Assembly (NCBI GenBank): GCA_964505785.1
Contig: CAZDJZ010000002.1
Span: forward strand, 269,527 to 333,526
Length of the DNA stretch: 64,000 nt
Source: an uncultured Eubacteriales bacterium
Lineage (GTDB): Bacteria; Acidobacteriota; Aminicenantia; Aminicenantales; Aminicenantaceae
Direction: 5' to 3'
Of the stretch, positions 8,981-19,094 are shown piece by piece. Made by a program: the position numbers and the translations under genes. The notes below the pieces were generated by a model. It made no database searches. It had not been told where the DNA came from and worked only from the letters and a program-made list of their open reading frames with translations. Within the stretch, counting starts at the first letter, position 1, and each line of letters opens with the position of its first letter.

Positions 8981-10129
8981 ATGAGCGGAAAGGAAAAAAA
9001 TATGACTGTAAAACTCATGGAAGTAAGGAGCAGGAAAGACCTGAAAGAATTTGTCCGGATTCCCTTTGCACTTTACCGGGATAATCCTTATTGGGTTCCT
9101 CCTTTAATCAGAAACGAAATGAATACATTGAATCCGAAAAAAAATCCAGCTTTCGAGTATTGTGAAACCGCCTATTGGATTGCTTATAAAAACACTCAGC
9201 CCGCGGGACGCATTGCTGTTATTTTAAACCGGAAGTTTAATGATAAATGGAACCGAAATGATGTTTCCTTCAGCCGCTTTGATTTTATTGATGATGAAGA
9301 AATTTCTCTTTCCTTGATGAGAAAAGCTGAAGAATGGGCCCGAGAGATGAAAGCCGACAGGATTCACGGGCCCTTGGGTTTTTCCAATTTTGACCAGCAG
9401 GGAATGCTGATTAAAGGTTTTCATGAAATTCCCACCCTAGCCTCTGTTTATAATTATTCCTACTATCCTGAACACATGGATAAAATGAACTTCCATAAAG
9501 AAATCGATTATGTGGAATATGAAGTAAAAACCCCGGAAGCCGTACCGGAAAAAGCAGTCCGTATTTCCAATATCGTATTGAAAAGACTTAATTTACATCT
9601 ATTCAAGGCCAAATCAAGAAAAGAACTTCTGCCTTTCGCGGAACAAATTTTCGACGTTATCAATCAAGCCTATAAAGACATATTTTATTCCGTGAAACTT
9701 TCTGAAAAGCAAATCCGGATGTTTAAGAAAAAATATTTGTCTTTTATCGATCCCGAATTTGTCTTGCTGGTATTGGATTCACAGGAACGGGTCATCGGTT
9801 TTCATATTGCAATGCCTTCTTTGTCGCAAGCATTCAAAAAAGCCTGCGGCCGGTTGTTTCCCTTTGGATTTCGGCATATTTTACGTGCCCTTAAAAACCC
9901 TTCAAAACTTGACCTTTACCTCGTCGGCATTCTTCCAGAATACCAGAATAAAGGTATAAACGCGGTATTCATGACCGACCTGACCCTAACCGCCATAAAG
10001 AATGATATCATATTGACAGAAACCAACAGTGAACTTGAGAGCAATAAAAAAGTTCAGGCATTCTGGAAATATTATGATGCCAGGATGCACAAGCGTAAAC
10101 GCATATTCATCAAGAAACTAAATTCCTGA
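8981..10129 (+). CDS. two-lobed GNAT-fold N-acyltransferase-like protein (FemAB/bacterial ceramide-synthase-like)
   Basis: 382 aa; C-terminal GNAT motif A-like YQNKGINAVFM; no TM; sits at end of lipid cluster. Confidence 0.45.
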   Translation: MSGKEKNMTVKLMEVRSRKDLKEFVRIPFALYRDNPYWVPPLIRNEMNTLNPKKNPAFEYCETAYWIAYKNTQPAGRIAVILNRKFNDKWNRNDVSFSRFDFIDDEEISLSLMRKAEEWAREMKADRIHGPLGFSNFDQQGMLIKGFHEIPTLASVYNYSYYPEHMDKMNFHKEIDYVEYEVKTPEAVPEKAVRISNIVLKRLNLHLFKAKSRKELLPFAEQIFDVINQAYKDIFYSVKLSEKQIRMFKKKYLSFIDPEFVLLVLDSQERVIGFHIAMPSLSQAFKKACGRLFPFGFRHILRALKNPSKLDLYLVGILPEYQNKGINAVFMTDLTLTAIKNDIILTETNSELESNKKVQAFWKYYDARMHKRKRIFIKKLNS

Positions 10130-10166
10130 AGTATACTATGCTGTGAGATTCGGGCCTGCCCGCAGG

Positions 10167-11096
10167 CTATGCATTTTCAAGTTTATGGGTTTCTTCAGAC
10201 GGAAAAAGCTGATAATCCTCTCCGAACTGAGCCAAAAAGTCCACTGAAAAAGCCCTGAGTGTATACCAAACCGGCAACGTGGCAACTGTTCCGATATAAG
10301 GAATAATCAGGATAATCCAACCCACACAACAGGTCAGTAAACCTGCCAGAACCACGACTGCGATAAAAATAACCATGATGACAAACACCAGTATACCAAA
10401 CCATAAAAAATGAAATGGGTGTTTTCTGAATAATGATAAAAAACGGCTCCAAGCTTTTGTGCTTTTCAGCCGATGCTTATACATAATTGGAACCACGAAC
10501 CCGTCAAGAAAAAAAGCAGCATACGCGATCAACAGCATGGAGAAAAGAAAAACCAAGCCGGTAATGAGGACAAACGGCAGGGAAAGACCTTCTTTACCGG
10601 ACTCATATAAAGCTGAAAGGGTGATGAAAATAAAGAACAGGAAAAGGATGAAGATCAGAAAAACAATAATCGCGAATCCCAGCCGCCAGAAAAAGAGAGA
10701 ATCCCCTTCCCGGCTGAATTCCTTCCATGGGTTTTTAACTTCAGCACGGCCTTGGACAACATTGTCCAAGAACAAAAATTTCCCTCTTGAGCTCAACCAA
10801 AGCAAAACTAAAAATATTACAACCCCAACAATCATAGCCAGTAGAATAGCGGCAAACAGCCAGGGATGATTGATCAACCAATTCCAAGCTGTACTTGGAA
10901 AATCAAGAAATTCCCTTAAACTTCCGCCGCCATCGCCGGCCCGGCTTCCGCCTCCCGCCCCATTGCCGTCAAGGAGACCGGCCAAAAAAGCATTAAATCC
11001 GATAATCCCCCATTTTTGAAGATCGAAGGGACTGAATAAAGCCGTTTTCATGCGATTCCAGGCTTTTGTAAAAGGAGAGATGAATTCTATGGTCAT
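10167..11096 (-). CDS. integral membrane protein with Gly-rich loop, unknown function
   Basis: Several TM helices; GAGGGSRAGDGGGS low-complexity; likely start MTIEF (ATG 11096) preceded by GGAGG. Confidence 0.5.
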   Translation of the reverse strand: MTIEFISPFTKAWNRMKTALFSPFDLQKWGIIGFNAFLAGLLDGNGAGGGSRAGDGGGSLREFLDFPSTAWNWLINHPWLFAAILLAMIVGVVIFLVLLWLSSRGKFLFLDNVVQGRAEVKNPWKEFSREGDSLFFWRLGFAIIVFLIFILFLFFIFITLSALYESGKEGLSLPFVLITGLVFLFSMLLIAYAAFFLDGFVVPIMYKHRLKSTKAWSRFLSLFRKHPFHFLWFGILVFVIMVIFIAVVVLAGLLTCCVGWIILIIPYIGTVATLPVWYTLRAFSVDFLAQFGEDYQLFPSEETHKLENA

Positions 11097-11317
11097 AACC
11101 GCAGCCTCCATACAGTGATAAGGTAACCTCTTTTTTATATACGGATTTCTCCCTAAAAGTTTAAAGTGTTTCGGTCCGGCCCGCACCGGAAGGAAGCCAC
11201 TTGTTCACTTTTTACTTAACGAAGCAGTACAAACTCATCACATCGTTTCTCTCCGCAGGAAAACAATGAATTAAGTTGGACTTCCCCTTCGCGGATACAT
11301 CAAAGAGTTTGACTTGT

Positions 11318-12148
11318 TTAATAAAGGACTTCCTCTTCCCCCAAGGCTTCTATTCTTTTATTGATCCAGTCAATAATTAAATCGCGTCTCAAAAGTGCCG
11401 CTTCAATTTCATCGTCTTTAAGATATTCTCCAGTGACTTCCCTAATCACGTCAAAATTTAAACTCTTCATTTTTTCAACCAGCGTCCTTGGGAGCTGCTT
11501 CATGAGACGGGGGCCTTCATGGTATTTTTCATCATAGATCAGCTTTTTTGTAAATTTTTTGGAAGTCCGGAAGCTCCGGGAATGGTCGATCAGAATAATC
11601 CGCCAATCATCAGTAATGAGAAATTGGTTTTGATGCCGGTCTTCATTGGCAATTAAGTTATCAAAAGCCCTCTGTAAATAAAGAGCGCGGTTCCAATTGA
11701 ATACCCTATAGGAAGGAGTATCAATTTTTTTGTCATATTTGTCTTTCAAACTGATTTTATAATCTACGATCAATTGGCAGGAACCCCGTTTTCCCTTAAA
11801 ACGCTTTTCTATAGTTGGGGGCACCATGTTCAATCCCAGGTATTTATCCAGGCGGTAAGAAGCGATTTCCCAGCGCCAGTTTTCTATATACCCCCGCTGC
11901 CGCCCCTCTGGATTTTTCCAGATGGCTTGCTGCTGTATCCCGTCTTTTTCCAAGGTCAATTTCCAAGGCTCAGTTACAGCTTCCCGCGGACTCCAGGGCT
12001 GCTTTGAATCAATAATTTCCGCTTGTTCTAAATATTCTTCCCACTTGGCTCTTTCCGCGATTTCATCCGGATTGAATTGACCCAGCGAAAAAAGACATAG
12101 CCCCAAAAACATCCAGATAAATAACCCCAAACATTTTTTGTTATTCAT
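11318..12148 (-). CDS. secreted PI3/PI4-kinase-like (type II PI4K-like) domain protein
   Basis: Signal peptide MNNKKCLGLFIWMFLGLCLFS; motifs GKRGSCQL (Gly-rich loop), LDKYLGLNMVPPT, catalytic-loop-like EDRHQNQFLI and DFG-like ILIDHSRSF. Confidence 0.45.
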   Translation of the reverse strand: MNNKKCLGLFIWMFLGLCLFSLGQFNPDEIAERAKWEEYLEQAEIIDSKQPWSPREAVTEPWKLTLEKDGIQQQAIWKNPEGRQRGYIENWRWEIASYRLDKYLGLNMVPPTIEKRFKGKRGSCQLIVDYKISLKDKYDKKIDTPSYRVFNWNRALYLQRAFDNLIANEDRHQNQFLITDDWRIILIDHSRSFRTSKKFTKKLIYDEKYHEGPRLMKQLPRTLVEKMKSLNFDVIREVTGEYLKDDEIEAALLRRDLIIDWINKRIEALGEEEVLY

Positions 12149-12289
12149 TCTATCCCCTCACTCCTGTATTTTAGCCGAAAAATAATGAATAAAGAAAAAC
12201 ACACCTCTTCAGCTTATAATTATTGAATTCCCTTTTTTTGAAAATAACAGGAGAGGCCTTGGATGTCAATACAAAATAAAAAATCATTT

Positions 12290-13054
12290 CTAAGGTTCCA
12301 GATAGCGCCTGGCGCCAACAAACCTGCTGCGGAAATATGGACGTTCCAGCCGGTCTTTACGAATTCGTGTGTTTCGTCCCGGGGCATGGATGAAACGGCC
12401 GTTTCCAATATATATTCCGACATGGGATACTCGATAAGGAGAGCTGCCGGTTGCAAAGAAAATCAGGTCACCTTTCCTCAGAGCAGATCGCCTGACCGCT
12501 TCCCCAGTCTTGAACTGCTGGCGGGAACTCCTCGGGAGGTTAAATCCATTGAGTCGATATACCGTCATGGTCAAACCACTGCAATCAAACCCATCGTCAG
12601 GTGATGCTCCCCCCCAGGCATATTTAATCCCCAAAAAACTCTCCGCCGTCGCAACTATCTTTTCTCTCAAATAACCTGGTCCATAGATATCCGCTTTAGC
12701 AGCCGGGTGCTCTTCGGGTCTGACGATATAATAATCCGGTATAATATCAGCTTGAAACAGCTCCACTGCCCGAGTTAAGGCCTTTTCACGGGAAGAATAA
12801 TCTCCAAATCGAACTTTATATAGCCCTGAGGTATGCCGGAAATAATATGGATCCAGGCCTTTCTGCTCGAGACTTTCAGTCATCCTGACTGCGTTGTCAA
12901 GAATTGAAAAGGCGCCGGCCTGAATCACATATCCAGTCCGGACAATTTTTTCCTTTTTGCTTTCCGGTTGAAGATGTATACGGCTGCGGCATCCGCTCCA
13001 AAACATCAAAAAAAACATTGTGCTTAAAGCAATATATACGTTTCTTTTTTTCAT
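12290..13054 (-). CDS. SPOR domain + NlpC/P60 peptidoglycan endopeptidase
   Basis: Signal peptide; SPOR-like GYVIQAGAF...YKVRFGDYSSREKA; NlpC/P60 catalytic GFDCSGL...H(V)GIYIGNGRFIHA. Confidence 0.8.
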   Translation of the reverse strand: MKKRNVYIALSTMFFLMFWSGCRSRIHLQPESKKEKIVRTGYVIQAGAFSILDNAVRMTESLEQKGLDPYYFRHTSGLYKVRFGDYSSREKALTRAVELFQADIIPDYYIVRPEEHPAAKADIYGPGYLREKIVATAESFLGIKYAWGGASPDDGFDCSGLTMTVYRLNGFNLPRSSRQQFKTGEAVRRSALRKGDLIFFATGSSPYRVSHVGIYIGNGRFIHAPGRNTRIRKDRLERPYFRSRFVGARRYLEP

Positions 13055-13069
13055 AACTGTATTCCATAA

Positions 13070-13150
13070 CCTGGATTATTCACGGGCCGGGATTGCCGCA
13101 CGGCCGGGTAATAGGCCAGATATAACACATCCTTTATGAAAAATAAAACA
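13070..13150. repeat. short MITE-like repeat copy
   Basis: cctggattattcacgggccgggattgccgcacggccggg...ctttatgaaaaataa; same family as 2990, 49599, 53670, 59257. Confidence 0.45.
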
Positions 13151-13204
13151 TTATGGTTGTACTTCTTGTAAAAATCAGGCATATTCAAGATAAGGCATGC
13201 CGTT

Positions 13205-13942
13205 ATGAAAACAATTCAGCTCCGGGAAATGGAAATGGGATATTTATGTCATCCGAAAATATTATTTTTCCTGTTTGGAATAATCAGCTTGGCTCTCTTG
13301 AGCAGTTGCGGTGCATCCGGAACATTTACAGGAAATTCTTCAAGAAATAATGCCGACGCTTCCGCTCAAATCCAATCTCCGCCGGAAGATTCTTTCCAGC
13401 AAGGTTTAAAGGATTTTCAAAATTTTAAATACACTCAGGCCAAAAAGAATTTTGACAAAACGCTCACCGCCAATCCCCGTCATCAAGAGGCCTTATTCTA
13501 CCGGGGCAGATGTTTTATAAAAATGAATAATTTAAACCAGGCCCTGCAGGATTTCAACAGAATTTTAAGCCTGAACAATCAGAATGCCCAGGGATTGGCT
13601 GGGCGCGCTGAAGTCCTGATGGAAAAAAAGAAATTATCCGAAGCTATGCACGAAATCGAAAAAGCTTTGGATTATGACATGAACCTTGCGTATGCCTGGT
13701 ACCTTAAAGGGCTGATATTCGGGTATCAAAATAAGCTGGATAAGGCTGTTGCCGCATTTAAAACCTGCCTGGATAAGAATATGAAATATGCCTATGCCCA
13801 CTACCAATTAGGTCTGGCCTATAATCAAAAAAACCGTCCCGATCTAGCGGTCATACATTTGGAATTGTTTTTGGAACTTGCTCCAAATGCTCCCGAGTCC
13901 GGCAAAGTCAGAGATCTATTGAACAGGTTACGTTTTCCTTAA
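13205..13942 (+). CDS. TPR-repeat lipoprotein
   Basis: Lipobox LLSSC; multiple TPR-like repeats (AWYLKGLIF, AHYQLGLAY). Confidence 0.7.
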   Translation: MKTIQLREMEMGYLCHPKILFFLFGIISLALLSSCGASGTFTGNSSRNNADASAQIQSPPEDSFQQGLKDFQNFKYTQAKKNFDKTLTANPRHQEALFYRGRCFIKMNNLNQALQDFNRILSLNNQNAQGLAGRAEVLMEKKKLSEAMHEIEKALDYDMNLAYAWYLKGLIFGYQNKLDKAVAAFKTCLDKNMKYAYAHYQLGLAYNQKNRPDLAVIHLELFLELAPNAPESGKVRDLLNRLRFP

Positions 13943-13954
13943 GGAGTTAATGAT

Positions 13955-15268
13955 ATGAAAAATAAGGTTTTTTTCTTTTCGATCGGATTATTGATCTGCA
14001 CCACATGGCTCCTGCCGCAAGCCAAGCACGCCCAGATGCGTTGGGAAATAATGAACCAGATCCGGCAGGATAAATTTGATATTATTCTACCCAAGGTTAT
14101 GAGAGAAAATAACATCGACATGTGGATAACAGTCATGCGGGAAGGCAATTACGGCCCGCTCTATTATGACTTAGGCGAAGGCTATGTTTCAAATTTTGGG
14201 TATTATATTTTTTTTGATAAAGGCGATGAGCGAATCGAACGTATTGCATTGGGGATCCATGGGTACCTGATTGAACGCAGCGGCGCCTATGACAAATTTG
14301 GTCCTGCTTCCGATTTAGCAGAGATCGTCGGCGAACGTAATCCCCAACGCATTGGGATTAACACGTCTGAACAAATCGGAGCAGCGGATAGTTTGACACT
14401 CACGGCTTATCAGCATCTTAAGAAAACCCTGGGCAAGACTTTTTCTGACCGGTTGGTTTCAGCCGAAAAGCTGGTGTCTGACTTCCGGTCGCGACGTGTG
14501 GCGGGAGAAATTGCCGCATTTTCTCAAGCGGGTATCATCTCTAAGGAAATTGCGGAGAGGGCCCTCTCCAATGAAGTCATTGTTCCAGGCCAAACTATGC
14601 TGGAGGAAGTTGCCTGGTGGATCATGGAGCGGCTTTTCGAACGCGGGCTCAATGCATCTTTCGGTCTCCCCTCGATTTATATAACCGGCCCTGAAGGAAT
14701 TGAAGCCACTTCAAATAACCGGATCATTCAACGTGGTGACTTAATTATGATTGACTGGGGAGTCGGTTTAATGAATTTTTATACCGACATGAAACGCACC
14801 GCTTATGTCCTGAAGGAAAATGAAACCCGTTTGCCAGGAGGATTCCAGCATGCATTTGATCAGGCGCTTAAAGTCCGCCGTATTATTAAAAAAAACATAA
14901 AACCCGGCCGCACCGCAATTGAGACTTTGGATATTCTCAATCAAAAAGTGAATGAAGCCGGTTTCGAAATTATGGAAAACTTTAATCAGCCCGGCGATTC
15001 CACCAAAACCGATGTCATAATCGGATGCCATTCTGTTGGTAATTGGGGACATGGAATCGGACCTTCCATCGCATGGTTTAATCCCCTGCGTTTGACATAC
15101 ACTCTTCAACCTACTAATTTATTGGCGATTGAATTCTTTGCCTACACGCCTGTGCCTGAATGGAATGGGAAAAAAGTCAGAATTCCTTTGGAAGATGATG
15201 CTGTTTTAACTTCGGATGGAATGGAATGGCTTTATCCGCCAATCGAAGACATCATTTTGATTCGTTAG
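13955..15268 (+). CDS. secreted M24-family metallopeptidase (Xaa-Pro aminopeptidase/creatinase fold)
   Basis: Signal peptide; DLIMIDWG, IGCHSVGNWGHGIG metal-ligand pattern; AAGGAG RBS. Confidence 0.6.
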   Translation: MKNKVFFFSIGLLICTTWLLPQAKHAQMRWEIMNQIRQDKFDIILPKVMRENNIDMWITVMREGNYGPLYYDLGEGYVSNFGYYIFFDKGDERIERIALGIHGYLIERSGAYDKFGPASDLAEIVGERNPQRIGINTSEQIGAADSLTLTAYQHLKKTLGKTFSDRLVSAEKLVSDFRSRRVAGEIAAFSQAGIISKEIAERALSNEVIVPGQTMLEEVAWWIMERLFERGLNASFGLPSIYITGPEGIEATSNNRIIQRGDLIMIDWGVGLMNFYTDMKRTAYVLKENETRLPGGFQHAFDQALKVRRIIKKNIKPGRTAIETLDILNQKVNEAGFEIMENFNQPGDSTKTDVIIGCHSVGNWGHGIGPSIAWFNPLRLTYTLQPTNLLAIEFFAYTPVPEWNGKKVRIPLEDDAVLTSDGMEWLYPPIEDIILIR

Positions 15269-15276
15269 CCGCAGTC

Positions 15277-16557
15277 TTACAGTCCTTTGCTCATGGCATT
15301 GAGAAAATCGGCATTGGTTTTGGTTTTCGAAATTTTTTCCTGAAGGAGCTCCATAGCCTCGACTTCCGTCAATTGGCTTAGAACTTTCCGCAGAATCCAA
15401 ATCCGGTTCAAGTCCTTATCGTCGATGAGCAATTCTTCTTTTCGAGTCCCGGAGCGGTTGATATCAATAGCGGGGAAAAGCCTCTTGTCTACCAAACGGC
15501 GGTCCAGATTGACTTCCATGTTGCCGGTACCTTTAAATTCTTCAAAAATCACTTCATCCATCCGGCTTCCGGTGTCGATCAAGGCTGTTGCCATGATGGT
15601 CAAGCTGCCGCCTTCCTCGATCTTCCTGGCTGCGCCGAAAAATTTCTTGGGTTTATTAAGGGCATTGGCATCGATTCCCCCTGAAAGTACTTTTCCTGAG
15701 GGAGGAATGACCGCATTATGAGCGCGGGCCAGTCTTGTAATGCTATCCATTAAAATCGTGACGTCTTTCTTGATCTCAACCAAGCGTTTTGCTTTTTCCA
15801 AAACAATATTCGCCACTTGCGAATTCCGGATGGGAGGCTCATCAAAGGTAGAGGCCACAACTTCACCTTTAATGCTGCGTTGAAAATCTGTTACTTCTTC
15901 AGGTCTTTCTGCAACTAAAAGAACAATCGTAACGACTTCAGGATGATTTTTTTCAATTGACTGTGCAATTGTTTTTAATAAGGTGGTTTTCCCTGCCCGC
16001 GGCGGAGAGACAATCAACCCTCTTTGTCCCTTTCCGACAGGAGTTAATAAGTCCATGATCCGTGCATTCAAATTCTTGGGCTGACCATCTTCTAATTTGA
16101 ATCTTTCAAACGGATATAGAGGCGTTAATCCATCAAAATGAACACCTCTCCTTTGGTCGATAATCTGATCGGGATGCATAAAATTGATCGCTTCAATTTT
16201 AATCAACGCAAAATACTTTTCTCCATTTTTGGGAGGGCGAACAACACCAGATACTGTATCTCCGGTTCTCAATTGGAATTTTCTAATTTGAGAAGGAGAA
16301 ACATAAATATCATCCTGGCTCGGCAGATAAGAAAATTCCGGTGCCCGCAAAAAACCAAATCCATCCGATAAACATTCCAAAACACCTTCAGAAAACAACA
16401 ATCCGTTTTTCTTTGCTTGAGCTTCAAGTATCTTGAATATCAAATGTTGTTTTTTTGAATATTTAAATTCATTGTCGGGTACATTCAGGTCTTTAGCGAT
16501 ACTGACAAGTTTGTCAACTTTCAACTCTTCGAGTTCTGCTAAATTGTACTCTTTCAT
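15277..16557 (-). CDS. rho: transcription termination factor Rho
   Basis: N-terminal RNA-binding domain, Walker [19 protein letters not shown], full-length 426 aa. Confidence 0.92.
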   Translation of the reverse strand: MKEYNLAELEELKVDKLVSIAKDLNVPDNEFKYSKKQHLIFKILEAQAKKNGLLFSEGVLECLSDGFGFLRAPEFSYLPSQDDIYVSPSQIRKFQLRTGDTVSGVVRPPKNGEKYFALIKIEAINFMHPDQIIDQRRGVHFDGLTPLYPFERFKLEDGQPKNLNARIMDLLTPVGKGQRGLIVSPPRAGKTTLLKTIAQSIEKNHPEVVTIVLLVAERPEEVTDFQRSIKGEVVASTFDEPPIRNSQVANIVLEKAKRLVEIKKDVTILMDSITRLARAHNAVIPPSGKVLSGGIDANALNKPKKFFGAARKIEEGGSLTIMATALIDTGSRMDEVIFEEFKGTGNMEVNLDRRLVDKRLFPAIDINRSGTRKEELLIDDKDLNRIWILRKVLSQLTEVEAMELLQEKISKTKTNADFLNAMSKGL

Positions 16558-16647
16558 TTTTTACCTCACTATGATTGGATTGAATTGGATTAAATTTAAC
16601 CCGCGAGCCTGGATTCCCGCTCGTTTTTATTCAAAATTAAATCAGTT

Positions 16648-19092
16648 TTAATGTGTTACTGTAGGGTCTTGAGATTCTTCCCCTCCGTCTTTGGATTTAG
16701 AGGAATCCGATGATAAATCTACATCAACATCGTCATCGTTGTCGTCATTCCGGGATTTTTCAGGAAGGTCTCCGGTAAGGGCGATTTTCAGTACTTCGTC
16801 CATTGTCTGGACAAAATGGATTTTCATAACTTTTTTGATTTTCTTGGGAAGGTCATTGATATCGCACATATTGTCCAGAGGAAGGATGGCTTCAAAAATG
16901 CCTTCACGGTGAGCAGCCAATAGTTTTTCTTTGATTCCGCCTACCTGCAGAACTTTGCCCCTTAAAGTCAGCTCCCCACTCATAACCACCTTTTTTTTGA
17001 CAGGGATGCCGGTTAATAAGGAAATAATTGAAGTGGCGATTGTGATACCTGCAGAAGGGCCTTCTTTAGGAGTGGCCGCTTCAGGAACATGAATGTGAAT
17101 ATCAAAGTTTTTATGTAAATCCCTCGCAATATTTAATTCAAACATCTTCCCCCGGACATAGCTGAAAGCGGCTTGGGCCGATTCCTGCATTACTTCTCCC
17201 AATTGGCCGGTCAAAGTAAAATTTCCTTTCCCATGTACCTTGGTTACTTCAAAAGTGAGAAGTTCGCCCCCGAATTCCGTCCAGGCCATTCCGATAGCAA
17301 CGCCGACTTCATTCTTTTTATCAATAGCGCTTCGGCGATACCTAGGAATTCCCAGGTGGTCTTCAAGATGGCGTGGGGCTATGGCTTCTTTATGTTTTTT
17401 TCCTTTGGTCACAACTTTTTTGACAACTTTCCGGCATATCTTGGTTAATTCTCTTTCCAGATTTCTCACGCCTGCTTCCCGTGTATATTCACGGACCAGT
17501 CTGCGCAGGCTCTGATCGGACATTTTTAAGTTGTTATCTGACAAACCATGTGCTTTAACTTGTTTGGGAAGCAGAAACCTCTTTCCAATCTGGAGCTTTT
17601 CTTCTTCCGTATATCCAGGAATGCGGATCACTTCCATCCTGTCTATCAGAGGTCTGGGAATAGTGTCCATGACATTAGCAGTAATAATAAACATAACTTT
17701 GGATAAATCAAATTCCGTGTCAATGTAATGATCAAGAAAAGTATTGTTTTGCTCCGGGTCTAAAACCTCCATGAGTGCTGATGCCGGATCTCCACGAAAA
17801 TCGACACTCATCTTATCAACCTCATCCAAAAGAAAGACGGGGTTATTGGTTCCGGCCTTTTTTATCATTTGAATAATCCGTCCGGGATAAGCGCCGATAT
17901 AAGTTCTTCTATGCCCCCGGATCTCAGCTTCGTCCCTGACTCCTCCTAGAGACAGACGGACAAATTTTCGGCCGGTTGCACGGGCGATTGATTTCCCTAA
18001 GGAACTTTTCCCAACACCTGGAGGTCCGACAAATCCAAGAATAACGCCCCGGGGATTTTTCACCAATTGGCGGATGGATAAATATTCGAGAATTCTATCC
18101 TTGACCTTATCTAATCCATAATGATCCTCATTTAGGATATTTTTAGCTTTTTCTATGTCCCTCTTTTCCCGGGATTTTTTATCCCATGGTAAAGCGGTGA
18201 TCCAATCCAGGTAATTCCGGCAAACGGTCGCTTCCGCAGACATGGGAGGCATGACCTCCAATCTTTCTATTTCTTTGTACGCTTTTTCTTCTGCGTCCTT
18301 AGGCATGTTCGCTTCTGCGACCTTCTTTTTCAATTCTTCAATTTCGTTGTTTTGATCATCTTTTTTCATATTCATTCCTGGAGTAAAAACTTTTTGTCCG
18401 GGCTCTTTAAACGGAGATTTGCGCCTTTGTGATGTTTTTCCGTTCTTCCTCAATTTTGAGTGTATTTTCAGGATTTCATTTTCAAGAATAAAGATTAATC
18501 TTCTTAATCGTTCTAATGGGTTGACGGTTTCCAATAAATTTTGTTTCTCTTCCACAGGAAGATATAAATGCGAAGAGATAATGTCGGAAATCCGGGACGG
18601 TGTATTTTCCCTCAGGGCCGGAATAATTGATTCAAAATTTGCATGCTGGCTCAATTTCAGATAATCCTCAAACAGGGACAGAACCCGTTTCAGGGCCTCC
18701 TTAATGGAATTATCATCAGCAATTGGAATTTCAGAAATCTCCTTACTTAAAACTTGATAATAAGGATAAGTATTCAGATATTCCAGAATCCGGGCCCGCC
18801 GTTTTCCTTCGACAATCACCTTCATGTTTTTATCGTCCATCTTGACGACACGGATAATTTTTGCAACTACACCCAAAGAATAAATATCTTTGGGCCGGGG
18901 ATTATCCAGGGACGCATCCATTTGAGAAGAAAGAAAAATCATTTTATCCTGGGAAGTGGCTTTTTCCAGGGCTTTGATCGAAGCTGGACGTCCAATAATA
19001 AAGGGAACCAGCGTAGAGGGAAATACGACGAGATCGCGCAACGGTATCAGCGGAATTTTTTCAATCTTTTCTTTAACTTCAGGATTGTTCAT
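16648..19092 (-). CDS. lon: ATP-dependent Lon protease
   Basis: LON N-domain, AAA+ GPPGVGKSS, protease domain with catalytic Ser (PKEGPSAGIT) ; ORF track start 19098 is GTG, ATG at 19092. Confidence 0.95.
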   Translation of the reverse strand: MNNPEVKEKIEKIPLIPLRDLVVFPSTLVPFIIGRPASIKALEKATSQDKMIFLSSQMDASLDNPRPKDIYSLGVVAKIIRVVKMDDKNMKVIVEGKRRARILEYLNTYPYYQVLSKEISEIPIADDNSIKEALKRVLSLFEDYLKLSQHANFESIIPALRENTPSRISDIISSHLYLPVEEKQNLLETVNPLERLRRLIFILENEILKIHSKLRKNGKTSQRRKSPFKEPGQKVFTPGMNMKKDDQNNEIEELKKKVAEANMPKDAEEKAYKEIERLEVMPPMSAEATVCRNYLDWITALPWDKKSREKRDIEKAKNILNEDHYGLDKVKDRILEYLSIRQLVKNPRGVILGFVGPPGVGKSSLGKSIARATGRKFVRLSLGGVRDEAEIRGHRRTYIGAYPGRIIQMIKKAGTNNPVFLLDEVDKMSVDFRGDPASALMEVLDPEQNNTFLDHYIDTEFDLSKVMFIITANVMDTIPRPLIDRMEVIRIPGYTEEEKLQIGKRFLLPKQVKAHGLSDNNLKMSDQSLRRLVREYTREAGVRNLERELTKICRKVVKKVVTKGKKHKEAIAPRHLEDHLGIPRYRRSAIDKKNEVGVAIGMAWTEFGGELLTFEVTKVHGKGNFTLTGQLGEVMQESAQAAFSYVRGKMFELNIARDLHKNFDIHIHVPEAATPKEGPSAGITIATSIISLLTGIPVKKKVVMSGELTLRGKVLQVGGIKEKLLAAHREGIFEAILPLDNMCDINDLPKKIKKVMKIHFVQTMDEVLKIALTGDLPEKSRNDDNDDDVDVDLSSDSSKSKDGGEESQDPTVTH

Positions 19093-19094
19093 AG

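Noticed and set aside
10153-10166. gcctg-cccg-caggc mini-hairpin between convergent genes
   Set aside because: Only 5-bp stem and no adjacent T/A run; too weak to call a terminator.
12263-12604. ORF 12263..12604(+) 113 aa
   Set aside because: Antisense within the well-supported NlpC/P60 gene.
16585-16615. Hairpin cgagc...gctcg + TTTTT between lon and rho
   Set aside because: T-run is on the wrong strand for lon and rho, which are minus-strand genes; likely fortuitous.
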